A stretch of DNA of 64,000 nt from an uncultured cyanobacterium (GCA_963740315.1 CAVUDP010000002.1:768001-832000), one strand, 5' to 3'; counted from the stretch's first letter, positions 50,488 through 61,815 are shown. The notes: generated by a model from the sequence alone, not told the origin. Numbers and translations: made by a program.

Positions 50488-51522
50488 ATGGAAAGCCCAA
50501 CTCAAAAGAACAAGGCAGAAATATTAAAATATCTTCCATTTAATGCCATAATACCAGGTTTGTTATTAACTGCGGGACTTGCGATTCTAGCAGAATATCT
50601 CAAAAAAATTCCCTCTCTTTCACTATTTAGTTCGTTAATCATCGCGATCGTTTTAGGAATAATACTTAAAAACACAATCGGAGTTTCGCAAATCTTCAAA
50701 CCGGGAATTACTTTTTCTCTAAAACGTATTCTCCGATTATCTATTATTCTATTAGGATTGCGATTAAGTTTACCTCAAATACTAGCAGTTGGCCCCGCTG
50801 GATTAGCAATTGTCTTTGTAACTTTAACCAGTACTTTTATATTTACCTGTTGGTTTGGTAAACAAATTGGAGTCGATCGAAAACTGACAAAATTAATTGC
50901 TGCTGGTACTTCTATTTGTGGGGCTTCCGCGATCGTTGCTACTAATGGTGTTGTCGAAAGTAAAGACGAAGATGTAGCTTATGCAGTGGCAATCGTTACC
51001 ATTTTTGGTACTCTCTCTATGTTGCTTTATCCATTTTTATCTACTTTTTTACAGGTAACATCACAAGAATTTGGCATCTGGTGTGGTGTTTCCATTCACG
51101 AAACAGCCCAGGTAATAGCAGCAGCATTTCAACGTGGAGAAGTCAGCGGCGAATTCGGTACTATTGCCAAACTATCAAGAGTTATCTTTTTAGCTCCAGT
51201 TGTTTTAACTTTGGGATTTATATCACCATCTTCGAGCGATTCATCAACAGGAAGCAAATCTAAAAAATTACCGATACCTTGGTTTGTATTTGGATTTATT
51301 GCTCTAATGTTACTGAATAGTGGTAATGTTTTTCCTGAAGGATTAAAAAAATCTGTTACAGAAATTAATCATTTTCTATTAACCATCTCGATGGCAGGAA
51401 TGGGTTTAAAAACTAGTATTCGCGAAATCAAACAAAGTGGAATCAAACCTCTTTATTTGGGTGCTGTTTCATGGATATTTATTTCCGTTCTTAGTTTAAG
51501 TCTTATCAAGGCTTTTTATTAG
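50488..51522 (+). CDS. YeiH-family (putative sulfate exporter) membrane protein
   Basis: LRLSIILLG, AGTSICGASAI, GVSIHETAQV, KLSRVIFL, PWFVFGF. Confidence 0.9.
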   Translation: MESPTQKNKAEILKYLPFNAIIPGLLLTAGLAILAEYLKKIPSLSLFSSLIIAIVLGIILKNTIGVSQIFKPGITFSLKRILRLSIILLGLRLSLPQILAVGPAGLAIVFVTLTSTFIFTCWFGKQIGVDRKLTKLIAAGTSICGASAIVATNGVVESKDEDVAYAVAIVTIFGTLSMLLYPFLSTFLQVTSQEFGIWCGVSIHETAQVIAAAFQRGEVSGEFGTIAKLSRVIFLAPVVLTLGFISPSSSDSSTGSKSKKLPIPWFVFGFIALMLLNSGNVFPEGLKKSVTEINHFLLTISMAGMGLKTSIREIKQSGIKPLYLGAVSWIFISVLSLSLIKAFY

Positions 51523-51579
51523 TTTATAATTGCTAATTGGGCATTGGTAATTAAGTTTTGAATTTGAAATAATTGGAGA

Positions 51580-52110
51580 ATGACAATGAAGAAAGTATTA
51601 TTAGCTGTTGCTGCATTAGGTTTGTTTGTTCTTCCGGCTTATGCAACTCAAGGAATTAGAGAAAATTCTAAGAATGAAATAGCTAGAGGTAGAAAAAATG
51701 GTATCGTTAGAGCTTCAAGAGATGGCATTGTTAGAGTTAAAAGTAATTACAGTGTAGAAGAAACAGTTAAACGTTTTGAATCTATTGCTAAAGAGCAAGG
51801 TTTAAATATTTTTGGTACGGTTAATCACCAAGCTGGAGCAGCATCTGTTAATCAAGAATTACGTCCGACGCAAGTAATTATATTCGGAAATCCTGCTGCT
51901 GGTACTCCATTAATGCAGTGCAATCAAACTGCGGGAATCGATTTACCTCAAAAAGCACTAGTTTGGCAAGATGAAGACGGACAAGTTTGGCTTGGTTACA
52001 ACAGCCCTCAATACCTATCTCGTCGTCATAAATTAAGAGGTTGTGCTGACGAGCCATTAGAAAGAATTGATAATGCTTTGAAAATGTTGGCTGAAAAAGC
52101 TACTCAGTGA
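51580..52110 (+). CDS. Exported DUF302-domain protein
   Basis: Signal peptide; VNHQAGA, IFGNPAAGTPLMQ, IDLPQKALVWQD. Confidence 0.88.
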   Translation: MTMKKVLLAVAALGLFVLPAYATQGIRENSKNEIARGRKNGIVRASRDGIVRVKSNYSVEETVKRFESIAKEQGLNIFGTVNHQAGAASVNQELRPTQVIIFGNPAAGTPLMQCNQTAGIDLPQKALVWQDEDGQVWLGYNSPQYLSRRHKLRGCADEPLERIDNALKMLAEKATQ

Positions 52111-52168
52111 GCAGTGAATAGGGAATAGGGAATAGGGAAGAATATTTATAACTCCTAACTCCTAATTT

Positions 52169-52468
52169 CGCTTACTGCTGTTTGAAGATTTAAGTTTGAA
52201 CCGCCAAACTCGTCAAGTTGTTCGCGGTGAGAGAGCAATAGAGTTAACTGTAAAAGAATTTGATTTACTCGAATATTTGATGAGCAATCCCCGTCAAGTT
52301 TTTACGAGAGATCAAATTTTAGAAAAAGTTTGGGGCTACGATTTTGTTGGCGATTCTAATGTAATTGAAGTTTATATACGTTATGTACGCATTAAGCTTG
52401 AAGAAAATAATGAAAAACGTATAATTCATACCGTGCGAGGTGTGGGGTATGTGTTGCATCAAGAGTAG
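52169..52468 (+). pseudogene. OmpR-family response regulator remnant (winged-helix domain only)
   Basis: FEDLSLNRQTRQV..LTVKEFDLL..VWGYDF.GDSNVIEVYIRY..IHTVRGVGY; no receiver domain upstream. Confidence 0.75.
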
Positions 52469-52716
52469 AGGAGTTAATAGTTATGAGTTAGGAATGTTGT
52501 TTGTGACTTTTGGAGGAATTTTTGGCTGATGATAGCGATGAATCATTCCGATTGCTTCTAACATTTTCAACCGTTCTGTTAAAATTTTAGTTGAAATTCT
52601 GATTTATCGCGGTTGAATCAATTTGATAAAACTAAAACCCAAACTTATAGTGCTTGGACAAAAATCCACAGAAGTTTATTTGAGTTGAAGCTGTTGATAT
52701 TTAACGTGCCTTACAA

Positions 52717-54189
52717 CTAATCTGGTATGGCGTGAGGTATCTTGTCAATTTTCAAAGTGTAAGCTGGTGATTGTTCTACTGTAAACATATTTGGTAGCGT
52801 AATTGACAAGTTTTTTCCGTCTTGTAGCCAAGAAAGTCTACCTCGTACTCCTAACATTGTAATGGTTGCGTTTTTGGGTAAAACTAATTCCGGAATTGTT
52901 ATTTTACGAGTAGTTGGAGCATCAAGCAACACAGCATACAAATTATTTCTGTTTGTGGTGTAGCGCACTCGTATGTCTTCAGGAGTTGTATCTTCCGAGC
53001 GTACCCAATATCGCGAGCCAAAGATAGCTTCACCGTTTATATCTAACCAATTGCCTAAACTAATTAAGCGTTCTTTTTGCAATTCAGAAATTGAACCGTC
53101 TGGCTTTGGACCAATATTAAGCAATAAGTTACCGTTTTTACTTACAACATCAACAAATAAGTCAACTAATTCGTCTGCTGAAATTATATTTAAATCGGTA
53201 TCGTTTTGGTTGTAACCAAACGAGTAACCCAAACCCCGCGTACTTTCCCATTTCTTGGGTTCAATTTCTTGGAATTGACTGTATTCGGGTGTTGAAAAGT
53301 CAAAGGGTAAACCAGATAGTCCGCCCAAATCAAAACGGTCATTTACCACGCCGTCGGGTACGTTATTATAGAAGTAAGCCATAATTTCCAACGTATCATC
53401 TGAACTCGGGTAGCCTAAATCGTTCCACAATATAGATGGTCGGTAGCGATCGATAAGCTCGCGCCAGTGATTATTTGCATATTCAGCATAAACAGGGTCT
53501 TGAATAATTGCTCCCAATAATGTATTAAAATCAGTAACTGTTGTATCTTGGAAAGACCAATCGATACCGCCAGAGTAGTATAAGCCCATACGCATACCTT
53601 CTTGGCGAACCGCTTGTGTCAGTTCGCCAACTATGTCACGCGATGCTACATTTCCTGATTTATGAACGGTATCACTAGTCCATAACAAAAAACCATCATG
53701 GTGTTTAGTAGTTAGCACAACATAACGCGCACCTACTTGAGAAAACAATCTTGCCCACTCCGACGGATTCCAATTTGCGATCGCTTCGTTAAAGCTGGGA
53801 ATAAAGTCGTCATAGGTAAAGTTTTCGCCATAAGTCTGACGATGATAATTATAGGTATCGCCTCCTTCAAGTTTCATTGAGTTGTAATACCATTCAGCAT
53901 AAGGATTATATTTAAACCAATAATCCCAACCTTGGGAAGCAACTACCTCATTAAATTCCCCAGTTAATGGTGCCCAACCAGGTACTGAGTAAACGCCCCA
54001 ATGAATGAAAATGCCGAGTTTTGCATCCTTGAACCATTTCGGAACTTCATGCTTTGATAACGATTCTATTGTTGGTTCATATTTATTCGATGCAAGAGTA
54101 ATTTTTTCAGTTGAATTCCAAATTATACCTAGTAATACCGTAATCAGAAATAGGCTCTTAAAAAACTTAAACATCATAATGGTTCTCAA
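52717..54189 (-). CDS. Exported alpha-L-fucosidase (GH29)
   Basis: WFKDAKLGIFIHWG, YAEWY, TTKHHDGF, LWND, VSKNGNLLLNIGP. Confidence 0.92.
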   Translation of the reverse strand: MRTIMMFKFFKSLFLITVLLGIIWNSTEKITLASNKYEPTIESLSKHEVPKWFKDAKLGIFIHWGVYSVPGWAPLTGEFNEVVASQGWDYWFKYNPYAEWYYNSMKLEGGDTYNYHRQTYGENFTYDDFIPSFNEAIANWNPSEWARLFSQVGARYVVLTTKHHDGFLLWTSDTVHKSGNVASRDIVGELTQAVRQEGMRMGLYYSGGIDWSFQDTTVTDFNTLLGAIIQDPVYAEYANNHWRELIDRYRPSILWNDLGYPSSDDTLEIMAYFYNNVPDGVVNDRFDLGGLSGLPFDFSTPEYSQFQEIEPKKWESTRGLGYSFGYNQNDTDLNIISADELVDLFVDVVSKNGNLLLNIGPKPDGSISELQKERLISLGNWLDINGEAIFGSRYWVRSEDTTPEDIRVRYTTNRNNLYAVLLDAPTTRKITIPELVLPKNATITMLGVRGRLSWLQDGKNLSITLPNMFTVEQSPAYTLKIDKIPHAIPD

Positions 54190-54463
54190 AGCATATATAT
54201 CACTAATATCATGAGAACTGTACAGCTATATACTCTATTTGAGTTAGAAGCATAGTTTATCATCGACTCGTTCGTTTGTAATTATGTGTTTAGTAGCCAT
54301 AATTGCGAACATATGCCTAATCTGATATTTTTGCAAATATGTCTTTTGGCATACTTTTGGCTACGTAATTCTCTTAACTCATTAAAAAATGAGCGAACCG
54401 GGAGTAATTAGCAAAATAATAGATAATTAATTATCAATTACCAATTACCAATTACCAATTATC

Positions 54464-56293
54464 ATGGGCTATCAACCAATTGAAAATTACGGCATTATCG
54501 GCAATATGCATACCACCGCTTTGGTGGGGATGAATGGTTCAATCGATTGGTTTTGCTACCCCAGACATGATTCGCCAAGCGTTTTTGCCGGTATACTCGA
54601 CGAAGAAAAGGGCGGACATTTCCGTATTTTTCCTACACTTTGCAATAATACTCATAAACAATTTTACTGGCCCGAAACTAATGTTTTAGTAACTCGCTTT
54701 CTGGCAGATTGTGGTGTTGGGGAAGTTATTGATTTTATGCCTGTAGGATTGTCAACTTCGGAAGATGGTTATCACTGGTTGGTAAGGAAAGTAAATTGCG
54801 TGCGGAGTAGTATGAAGTTTCGCATGGAATGTTACCCGGCTTTTAATTATGCTCGCGATAAGCACGAAACACAGCTTAGTGAAGGTGGGGTTATTTTCAA
54901 GTCATCCGATTTGAATTTAGGATTGGTGACTGATATCCCCCTCAAGGAAGATGACAAAGGCGTATTTGCCGAGTTTAGTTTAGCTGAGGGAGAATCGGCA
55001 GTATTTATATTGCGTGAAGTAGATTGCGATCGCGGTTGTGGTTTACCTTTGAATCCAGAAGAAACTACACAGATATTTGAACATACTATACATTACTGGC
55101 GGCGCTGGATTTCTAAATGCACTTATAAAGGTAGATGGCGGGAAACTGTAGAACGTTCGGCGTTAATGTTAAAGTTGCTTACCTACGAACCAACGGGAGC
55201 AATTGTAGCAGCACCAACTTGTGGTTTACCCGAAGCTTTGGGTGGAGAGCGTAATTGGGATTACCGTTACAGTTGGATTCGCGATGCTGCTTTTACCCTA
55301 TATGGGTTGATCCGAATTGGTTTTACAGAAGAAGCGGGGCAGTTTATCAATTGGATTATATCCCTTTGTCCGTCGCATTCAGAAGATGATTCGCAGTTGC
55401 AGATTGTATACGGTATTGATGGTAGAAAAAATCTAGAAGAAGAAGTTTTAGACCATTTGGAAGGATACAAGGGTTCTTCTCCCGTTCGTATCGGCAACGG
55501 TGCTTACGATCAAACCCAACTTGATATTTACGGCGAGCTAATGGATGCAGTGTATCTTTATAACAAGTATGGAATGCCGATATCCTACGATACCTGGGTA
55601 AATTTGAGTAAATATGTCGAATGGGTTTGCGATAACTGGCATATAAAAGACCACGGTATTTGGGAAACCAGAGACGGAAAACAAGAATTTGTTTATTCCA
55701 AATTAATGTGTTGGGTAGCAGTCGATCGCGGTTTGCGTTTAGCCGAAAAACGTTCTTTCCCTGCCAATCGCGAAAAATGGCTCGAAGTTCGCGATGAGAT
55801 ATACCTCGATATCATGGAAAACGGATGGTGCGAAGAAAAACAAGCCTTTGTCCAGTATTACGGCAGCAGTACCCTAGATGCCAGCAATCTAATCATGCCC
55901 TTGATATTCTTCATGTCACCCACAGATCCCAGAATGCTCAAAACAATCGATGCAATCATGAAGTCTCCGCAAGAAGGAGGGCTTTTATCCAACAGTTTAG
56001 TATATCGTTACAACACCAAAGATTACAGCGACGGGTTAGAAGGTGAAGAAGGAAGCTTTAATTTGTGTACGTTTTGGTTAGTAGAAGCTTTGACTCGTGC
56101 CGGAAGAGGACAAGATTCCGAACGGTTAGATAAAGCAAGATTAATATTTGAAGAAATGTTAAGTTACGCCAATCATTTGGGATTGTATGCAGAAGAGACG
56201 GGTACTAGTGGGGAAGCATTAGGAAACTTTCCCCAAGCCTTTACACATTTAGCGTTGATTAGCGCCGCTTATAATTTGGATCGCTCTATTTGA
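54464..56293 (+). CDS. GH15 glycoside hydrolase (trehalase/glucoamylase-like)
   Basis: [49 protein letters not shown]. Confidence 0.92.
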   Translation: MGYQPIENYGIIGNMHTTALVGMNGSIDWFCYPRHDSPSVFAGILDEEKGGHFRIFPTLCNNTHKQFYWPETNVLVTRFLADCGVGEVIDFMPVGLSTSEDGYHWLVRKVNCVRSSMKFRMECYPAFNYARDKHETQLSEGGVIFKSSDLNLGLVTDIPLKEDDKGVFAEFSLAEGESAVFILREVDCDRGCGLPLNPEETTQIFEHTIHYWRRWISKCTYKGRWRETVERSALMLKLLTYEPTGAIVAAPTCGLPEALGGERNWDYRYSWIRDAAFTLYGLIRIGFTEEAGQFINWIISLCPSHSEDDSQLQIVYGIDGRKNLEEEVLDHLEGYKGSSPVRIGNGAYDQTQLDIYGELMDAVYLYNKYGMPISYDTWVNLSKYVEWVCDNWHIKDHGIWETRDGKQEFVYSKLMCWVAVDRGLRLAEKRSFPANREKWLEVRDEIYLDIMENGWCEEKQAFVQYYGSSTLDASNLIMPLIFFMSPTDPRMLKTIDAIMKSPQEGGLLSNSLVYRYNTKDYSDGLEGEEGSFNLCTFWLVEALTRAGRGQDSERLDKARLIFEEMLSYANHLGLYAEETGTSGEALGNFPQAFTHLALISAAYNLDRSI

Positions 56294-56294
56294 A

Positions 56295-56376
56295 GATGGG
56301 GAGATGGGGGGATGGGGAGTACTTCGACAAGTCTTACAGTGAGCTACGTCGAACTGCTCAGTAACCTTTGGGGAGA
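56295..56376 (+). repeat. 82-bp composite REP/STRR element; inverted copy at 59640-59721
   Basis: GTACTTCGACAAGTCTTACAGTGAGCTACGTCGAACTGCTCAGTAAC core; one mismatch between the two copies. Confidence 0.9.
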
Positions 56377-56389
56377 TGGGGGGAATTTA

Positions 56390-56499
56390 CTCGTTCCCAG
56401 TCTCCAGGCTGGGAACGCATTCTCGAAGGCTCTGCCTTCAGTCTCGCGCATGAGGCAGAGCCTCTAGAAGGGTATTACAAGGCTCTGCCTTGTAACAAG
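56390..56499. repeat. CTCGTTCCCAG...GAGGCAGAGCCTC-type palindromic MITE/REP element
   Basis: Multiple hairpins: GTTCCCAG/CTGGGAAC and AGGCTCTGCCT/AGGCAGAGCCT. Confidence 0.65.
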
Positions 56500-56558
56500 A
56501 AATCTCTCCATCTCTCCATCTCCCCCCCTCTTCCCCCTCTTTCCCCATGCCCAATTCT

Positions 56559-57506
56559 CTAATCTTTCAACTCTGGTAAATCCATAATTTGCTTAACGTT
56601 AGTTACAATAATTTGTGGCTTATCTCTATAAATACTCAATTCCCCTTTCACGTATGCATAGCTTCTACGTGGATGTTCTTCATCTGTAGAGATATAACGG
56701 TTTTTAATTAAACTCATAATTTTTACTCCAGCAGCGTCATCAACTTTGGGAATGAACACTGAAAACGGCTTGTCTACAGAGCCGATACCGATAAACATAT
56801 TGTTTCCCGCAATACGTTTGGGGTTGCGTAATTCGGTAAAAATGGTTGCTTCTTCTTCTTTTTTCGCTAATTCCAATACTTTTTCATAATCGAGACGGGT
56901 ATTGAAGACAGTCGAATCTTTATTTGCTTGCTTAAACCGTCGATAATTTTGAATTATTTCAGCCCTTAAATACCACCAAACGCCCAAATATGCGTAATTA
57001 CGGACTTCAGAGCCATTCACCTCGATTTGATTCCAAACTCCGAGATTTCCTATTTGTGCTTCCTTTTCGGCTTGCATATATCGTTCGTGATTGTCGGGAA
57101 GTGCTGCATAACCATACTTCATAAAATAGGGACTAAAACCCTTTTTAATCATATGTTCCTGAAAATCGGTACCGTCTTTGAGATAAACAAATACCAATAA
57201 ACGACCGTAATTTCCTCGGTATTTCTTTACGCATTCCTCTACGGATTCATTACCGGGGAATTGCAACTTGACTTTATCGCCAGCTTTGAATAATTTTTCA
57301 GCTTCCTTTTTCGCTTGCTTTCCCCAAGGAGTAACGGGTTTCGGGCTACCTGCATTGGATTCTTCAGTATCGAGCGCCAAGATCCGCAGACTTTCTTCCT
57401 CACCTTGTACTTTAACGCGGATAGTATCGCCATCCACAACCCGCACTACAGTAGCATCAACAGTTGTACCCTCGATCGCCTTTGTTTTTTCCTTTGTTGC
57501 TGGCAT
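56559..57506 (-). CDS. Thermonuclease (SNase) family protein with C-terminal extension
   Basis: VVRVVDGDTI, LRILALDTEE, YGRLLVFVY, AEKEAQ..NLGVW. Confidence 0.85.
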   Translation of the reverse strand: MPATKEKTKAIEGTTVDATVVRVVDGDTIRVKVQGEEESLRILALDTEESNAGSPKPVTPWGKQAKKEAEKLFKAGDKVKLQFPGNESVEECVKKYRGNYGRLLVFVYLKDGTDFQEHMIKKGFSPYFMKYGYAALPDNHERYMQAEKEAQIGNLGVWNQIEVNGSEVRNYAYLGVWWYLRAEIIQNYRRFKQANKDSTVFNTRLDYEKVLELAKKEEEATIFTELRNPKRIAGNNMFIGIGSVDKPFSVFIPKVDDAAGVKIMSLIKNRYISTDEEHPRRSYAYVKGELSIYRDKPQIIVTNVKQIMDLPELKD

Positions 57507-57777
57507 GATTTGAATTCCCGCTTACGATGAAAATTTATTTTCACCTATTGGTGTAACAGAAAACATCTGTAAACGGTACAAGTTTAGATTAAAAGTAATA
57601 ATAAGAACTGTTGCGGCACTGGGCATTGAGATTAATCAAACAGCGCTTGCTCGCCAATCTATTCCTATAATAAATAGGTTAATCGTTGTCGATAGATTTT
57701 TTATTTGCGATCGCGATCTGGCGTTCACTCGAAGCGCAGTCTACGATCGCAGCTTTTGATCGAAGAATTTATGAGGA

Positions 57778-58782
57778 TTAATTCGCTTTTGGTTTCCGAC
57801 GATGGTTCCAACGATACTCATACCCCGGATCTCTATCTACAAGAGCCTTGATGGCGTTTCTTACTGCTCTCCAGGTAGATGTGTTGGGGTAGATTAGCTC
57901 GAAATGTCCGGCATTGGGGAGTAACTTTAGATATACCTCGTCATATTGGGTGGCAACTTCCACATATTCTTCGAGATATTCTTTAGGCACGATTTGATCC
58001 TCGATACCGGACAAGTGCCACTGTGGAACCCCCAAGGGCAGTAACTCGCGGGGTGAAGCTTGTTCATACCTGTCGGGTACCTCCGTTGGGAGTCCACCAA
58101 CAAGCTGCTGACACGCCCCAAGACAAATGTTCTGCTCTACCCCGGTAATGAGGTCAGGAATACCAGCCAAAGATACGACACCGTGGACGCGCACGCCCTC
58201 TTCTACATACAGCGGGCTGGTTTTCGGGAGATTATGCCGACCTGCCAGCCACAGCGCTAAATGTCCTCCCGCTGAATGCCCGACAGTGACAAGTCGGGAG
58301 AGATCGAGATCGAATTCGGGTGCGATCGTCTCAAGAAAGTTTGTCCCCACAGACACATCTTCAAAAGTCCCAGTCCAACCACCCCCATTACCGAGCCGAC
58401 GGTATTCCAAATTCCATACAGCTATACCTTCCTCTTTTAATGCCGCCGCCATTTGTCCCATAAGATTCAGTCCGTATTCTGCCAGCCAACAGCCGCCGTG
58501 AATCAGAACGATCGTAGGATGAGGTCCGGGCTTTTGCGGAAGATAAAGTTCGCCGAACTGAGAAGGATCTGAACCGTAGGAAATACGGCGATCGCCTGGT
58601 ACATCAGGGAAGGTCAGTATTTCCTCTAATGTTAAAATTTCGGACGGCTCTGCATCCTTGGGTCTTTTCTTTATACTTCGGCTATCCCTTGCTGATGCTG
58701 ATATAGATCGTGCAATTATGCTACTACTTCCGATAATTGCAACAGCAGACAGCCCACGGTTTACGAATTTGCGACGCTTCAT
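57778..58782 (-). CDS. Tat-exported alpha/beta hydrolase (esterase/lipase)
   Basis: KRRKFV twin-arginine signal, IHGGCW, GHSAGG, GHFELI. Confidence 0.87.
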   Translation of the reverse strand: MKRRKFVNRGLSAVAIIGSSSIIARSISASARDSRSIKKRPKDAEPSEILTLEEILTFPDVPGDRRISYGSDPSQFGELYLPQKPGPHPTIVLIHGGCWLAEYGLNLMGQMAAALKEEGIAVWNLEYRRLGNGGGWTGTFEDVSVGTNFLETIAPEFDLDLSRLVTVGHSAGGHLALWLAGRHNLPKTSPLYVEEGVRVHGVVSLAGIPDLITGVEQNICLGACQQLVGGLPTEVPDRYEQASPRELLPLGVPQWHLSGIEDQIVPKEYLEEYVEVATQYDEVYLKLLPNAGHFELIYPNTSTWRAVRNAIKALVDRDPGYEYRWNHRRKPKAN

Positions 58783-58990
58783 TATATGTGCTTTTTAGCT
58801 ATGCAGGTAGCTGAACATCTAAACTGTAACAAAGTATATCATTTTACCTTTCTTATGTCACTTTTTAAGTATTACTGATAGAGAAACAATAATTGACTAT
58901 AAATGCGATCGCATTAAGCTAAGGCACGCATCGCCTAAGTTTGTAGATCGAAGTTATCTTGATGTTAAACTTGCGATTAAATAAGACTTA

Positions 58991-59461
58991 TCAGTTATTT
59001 ATATTAAGAAAACTTTTGATGCACGATACCGCTTTATATTTACCACTCTTACCCGAAGTGTAATAATGAGTTAGAGGTAGTTGTTCGCCAGATACTAATA
59101 CAATGGTAACTCGGTAGGTATTGCCGTCACTACTTATGGATTCTTCGACTTGAACATCTTTAATCTCATTTAAATGATATTTAATAACTTTTATACCAGA
59201 TAAACCTTTTCTTTTTAAAATGAAATTGCCTAAAGTTCTATCGAATCGATAGGTTGCAAATGGACTAACGTAGATCGAAAACAAACCGCTTGCAATAAAA
59301 ACTCCACCGAGTAAAATTGTCCAAAATTGGTTATCTTGATTTTTTATCAAACTTGCAATTATAAAAAATCCCAACGGTATAGATACACCTGCTATTATCC
59401 ATAGAAAAAGTGGTCGCTCTTGAAGTATCAATAGGTTTTGGGAACGTTGTACAACTTTCAT
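58991..59461 (-). CDS. Hypothetical membrane protein (two TM segments plus soluble domain)
   Basis: 156-aa ORF with two hydrophobic segments. Confidence 0.7.
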   Translation of the reverse strand: MKVVQRSQNLLILQERPLFLWIIAGVSIPLGFFIIASLIKNQDNQFWTILLGGVFIASGLFSIYVSPFATYRFDRTLGNFILKRKGLSGIKVIKYHLNEIKDVQVEESISSDGNTYRVTIVLVSGEQLPLTHYYTSGKSGKYKAVSCIKSFLNINN

Positions 59462-59639
59462 AGCTTATCCCCGGTTACAAGATTTGAGAAAAATGCCAGA
59501 TTTTTATCGTACATATTTCACTATTGCTATGCTTTTACACGGGAAATCTCATATATTCTACATTAAATATTATACAAGTGATTTAATAAGTACTTAAGAA
59601 TTAGTTAATAAGCATTTCTCTAGAATTCCTATCTCCCCC

Positions 59640-59721
59640 TCTCCCCAAAGGTTACTGAGCAGTTCGACGTAGCTCACTGTAAGACTTGTCGAAGTACTCC
59701 CCATCCCCTCATCTCCCCATC
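59640..59721 (-). repeat. Inverted copy of the 82-bp composite element at 56295-56376
   Basis: Reverse complement matches at 81 of 82 positions. Confidence 0.9.
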
Positions 59722-59748
59722 CCCCCCTCTCCCCATCCTCCCCTCTCC

Positions 59749-61815
59749 TCATCCCCCCATCTTCTTCAAACTCGCCATCACCTGATGCTTTTCCAAAACT
59801 CTAATTAAACTTTGCGCTTGCAATTTATATAAAGGTACTGGCAAAGTTTGAGGTAAATTATTAATTAATTCTCTAGCTTTATCGAGGGGCAAGTTAGAAA
59901 TTTTGGAAATTTGATTTGCACCTTCAAACTTAGCGTCTTCTGTCATTGCATTTTCAATTACTATTTGCCAATGTTTGGGATAAATACCAATTCTTCCTTG
60001 TTCCATTCTTGTTAATCCGTCGATAGTTGCAAGTACAACTAAACGGATTCCTGATTCTATTATTCTGTATTCTTTGGGCATTAATTCCGCTGGTCGCGGT
60101 GGATTTTGGTATATAATTGGTACGACTCCATAACCATAAGCAATTTCTGAAAGCATTAAACCATTTAAAGTATCGACTTCGCTAAATTGATATTCGGTGA
60201 CTAAAACTGTTTGATTTTGAAGACGGAATAAATCGAGAATATTTTCACCAAATGCTGCTCCAGCAAAGGCTTCTGCTGCTACTGCATAGGCTGATATAAT
60301 TTGAGCGTTAGGTAAGATTTGGGCTAGATTTTCACTTAATCTTTGTCCGAAGGTACGAATTACTAAGTTACTTTCAGGGTTTATTTTTCGAGCTTTTAAC
60401 GCCATTTCTACGTTTAATATTTCGTCTTCGCTGGTAGCAATTATAGTTTTAGCTGTAGAAAGATTTACTTTATTCAAAGATTCGTTTAAATCGCCAGAAA
60501 ATAAAGGTATATTGGGCAAAAAATTGTTTTCCAAGTCGTCTTCTAAAACTATAGCTACTAAAGACTGATGGAATTCTTGTAATAATTTTGCTACCTTACT
60601 TCCTACTCTTTTAATCCCAATAATTACTATATGATCTGCTTCGGGAACCTGAGCGCGTCGGTTAGAAAACAAAAATTTAGCCGATAAAAGTTTTTCGGTA
60701 GCTAAGGCATACAATACACCCACAAAAGCAGTTCCAGCTACCGCTAATGTTAAGGCTACAATTTGCAGAATTTGAGATTCTGAATATCCGCTATATAAGA
60801 AATCCGCATATCCACCCAAAAGTAAACTAATTGCGATATAAAAAGCAGTAGTAGACTTATCAACTAAAAAGTAAAATAAGATAGTTCCTATAATTGTTAA
60901 ACCAACTGTAACTAAACCAGAAACAATTACCACGCGACGAACTTGCGAACTTGAATGCCAATATTCTAAATACTTCTTTCTAATTTCAATTTTACGGATA
61001 AAATTAGTTGGGTTTTGCCATATTCTCGGTTTTTTGGGAATATTATTAATCGAATTTTTTTGTTGTCTTAACAGCAAGCTCTTAAATTTTTCAACATATA
61101 TTACAGTTGAACCTTCTTGAATTATTGTTTCCGAATCCCAATCATAAAAGCAATTAAAGTTATAATTATCATTCGGTAAATAACAAAGTAACTTGCGAAG
61201 TTCTGAACTTATTTCAAATAGCTGACGACGATGAAAATTATCACCATAACGAACTTTTTCCTGAAATATTCCCAACCAGTTACCGTCTAAATTAAAAAAT
61301 CCTAACGAATCTCCCCCCAAAGCTGCTAAAGCAAAAGATGCTGCGGATAAATGAATCGGATCGAAAGCAACAAAATTAGTTAATTGTTCCTCCAAAAGTT
61401 GATTTAAATTTTCCTTTGTCGAACGAACTACCAAACGAGCGTTTTTGTTAAGTTGTCTTACAGCGATCGCAGTTTCGGCATTAATCAGTTCGTTACTCGT
61501 GACAATCAAGACAGCACGACAAAGTTCGATTTTTGCACGTTCAAAAGTACTATTTTGACGACAATCACCAATAATTAATTCATCGAGATAATTATCTAAA
61601 TTAGGAATTCTCCAACTGTTTGGCTGTACTAACTCAATTGCGACAACCTTTACGCCAAATTGTTTCAGCGCAACTACGCATTGCTGCCCCAATCCTCCCA
61701 AACCGCAAACTAAAAAGCGTTCTTCTGTAGCTGATTGATGTTCTCCCATGTCTATATTATCTTCGATTTTATATATTGAGGATAGTACAATCTTAGAAAA
61801 AACCCTTATAAACAA
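59749..61815 (-). CDS. TrkA/RCK-domain potassium channel-like protein (start probably ATG at 61749)
   Basis: FLVCGLGGLG RCK_N domain, central 2-TM region, second RCK (HIVIIGIKRVG), C-terminal L7/L12-like domain. Confidence 0.8.
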   Translation of the reverse strand: MFIRVFSKIVLSSIYKIEDNIDMGEHQSATEERFLVCGLGGLGQQCVVALKQFGVKVVAIELVQPNSWRIPNLDNYLDELIIGDCRQNSTFERAKIELCRAVLIVTSNELINAETAIAVRQLNKNARLVVRSTKENLNQLLEEQLTNFVAFDPIHLSAASFALAALGGDSLGFFNLDGNWLGIFQEKVRYGDNFHRRQLFEISSELRKLLCYLPNDNYNFNCFYDWDSETIIQEGSTVIYVEKFKSLLLRQQKNSINNIPKKPRIWQNPTNFIRKIEIRKKYLEYWHSSSQVRRVVIVSGLVTVGLTIIGTILFYFLVDKSTTAFYIAISLLLGGYADFLYSGYSESQILQIVALTLAVAGTAFVGVLYALATEKLLSAKFLFSNRRAQVPEADHIVIIGIKRVGSKVAKLLQEFHQSLVAIVLEDDLENNFLPNIPLFSGDLNESLNKVNLSTAKTIIATSEDEILNVEMALKARKINPESNLVIRTFGQRLSENLAQILPNAQIISAYAVAAEAFAGAAFGENILDLFRLQNQTVLVTEYQFSEVDTLNGLMLSEIAYGYGVVPIIYQNPPRPAELMPKEYRIIESGIRLVVLATIDGLTRMEQGRIGIYPKHWQIVIENAMTEDAKFEGANQISKISNLPLDKARELINNLPQTLPVPLYKLQAQSLIRVLEKHQVMASLKKMGG

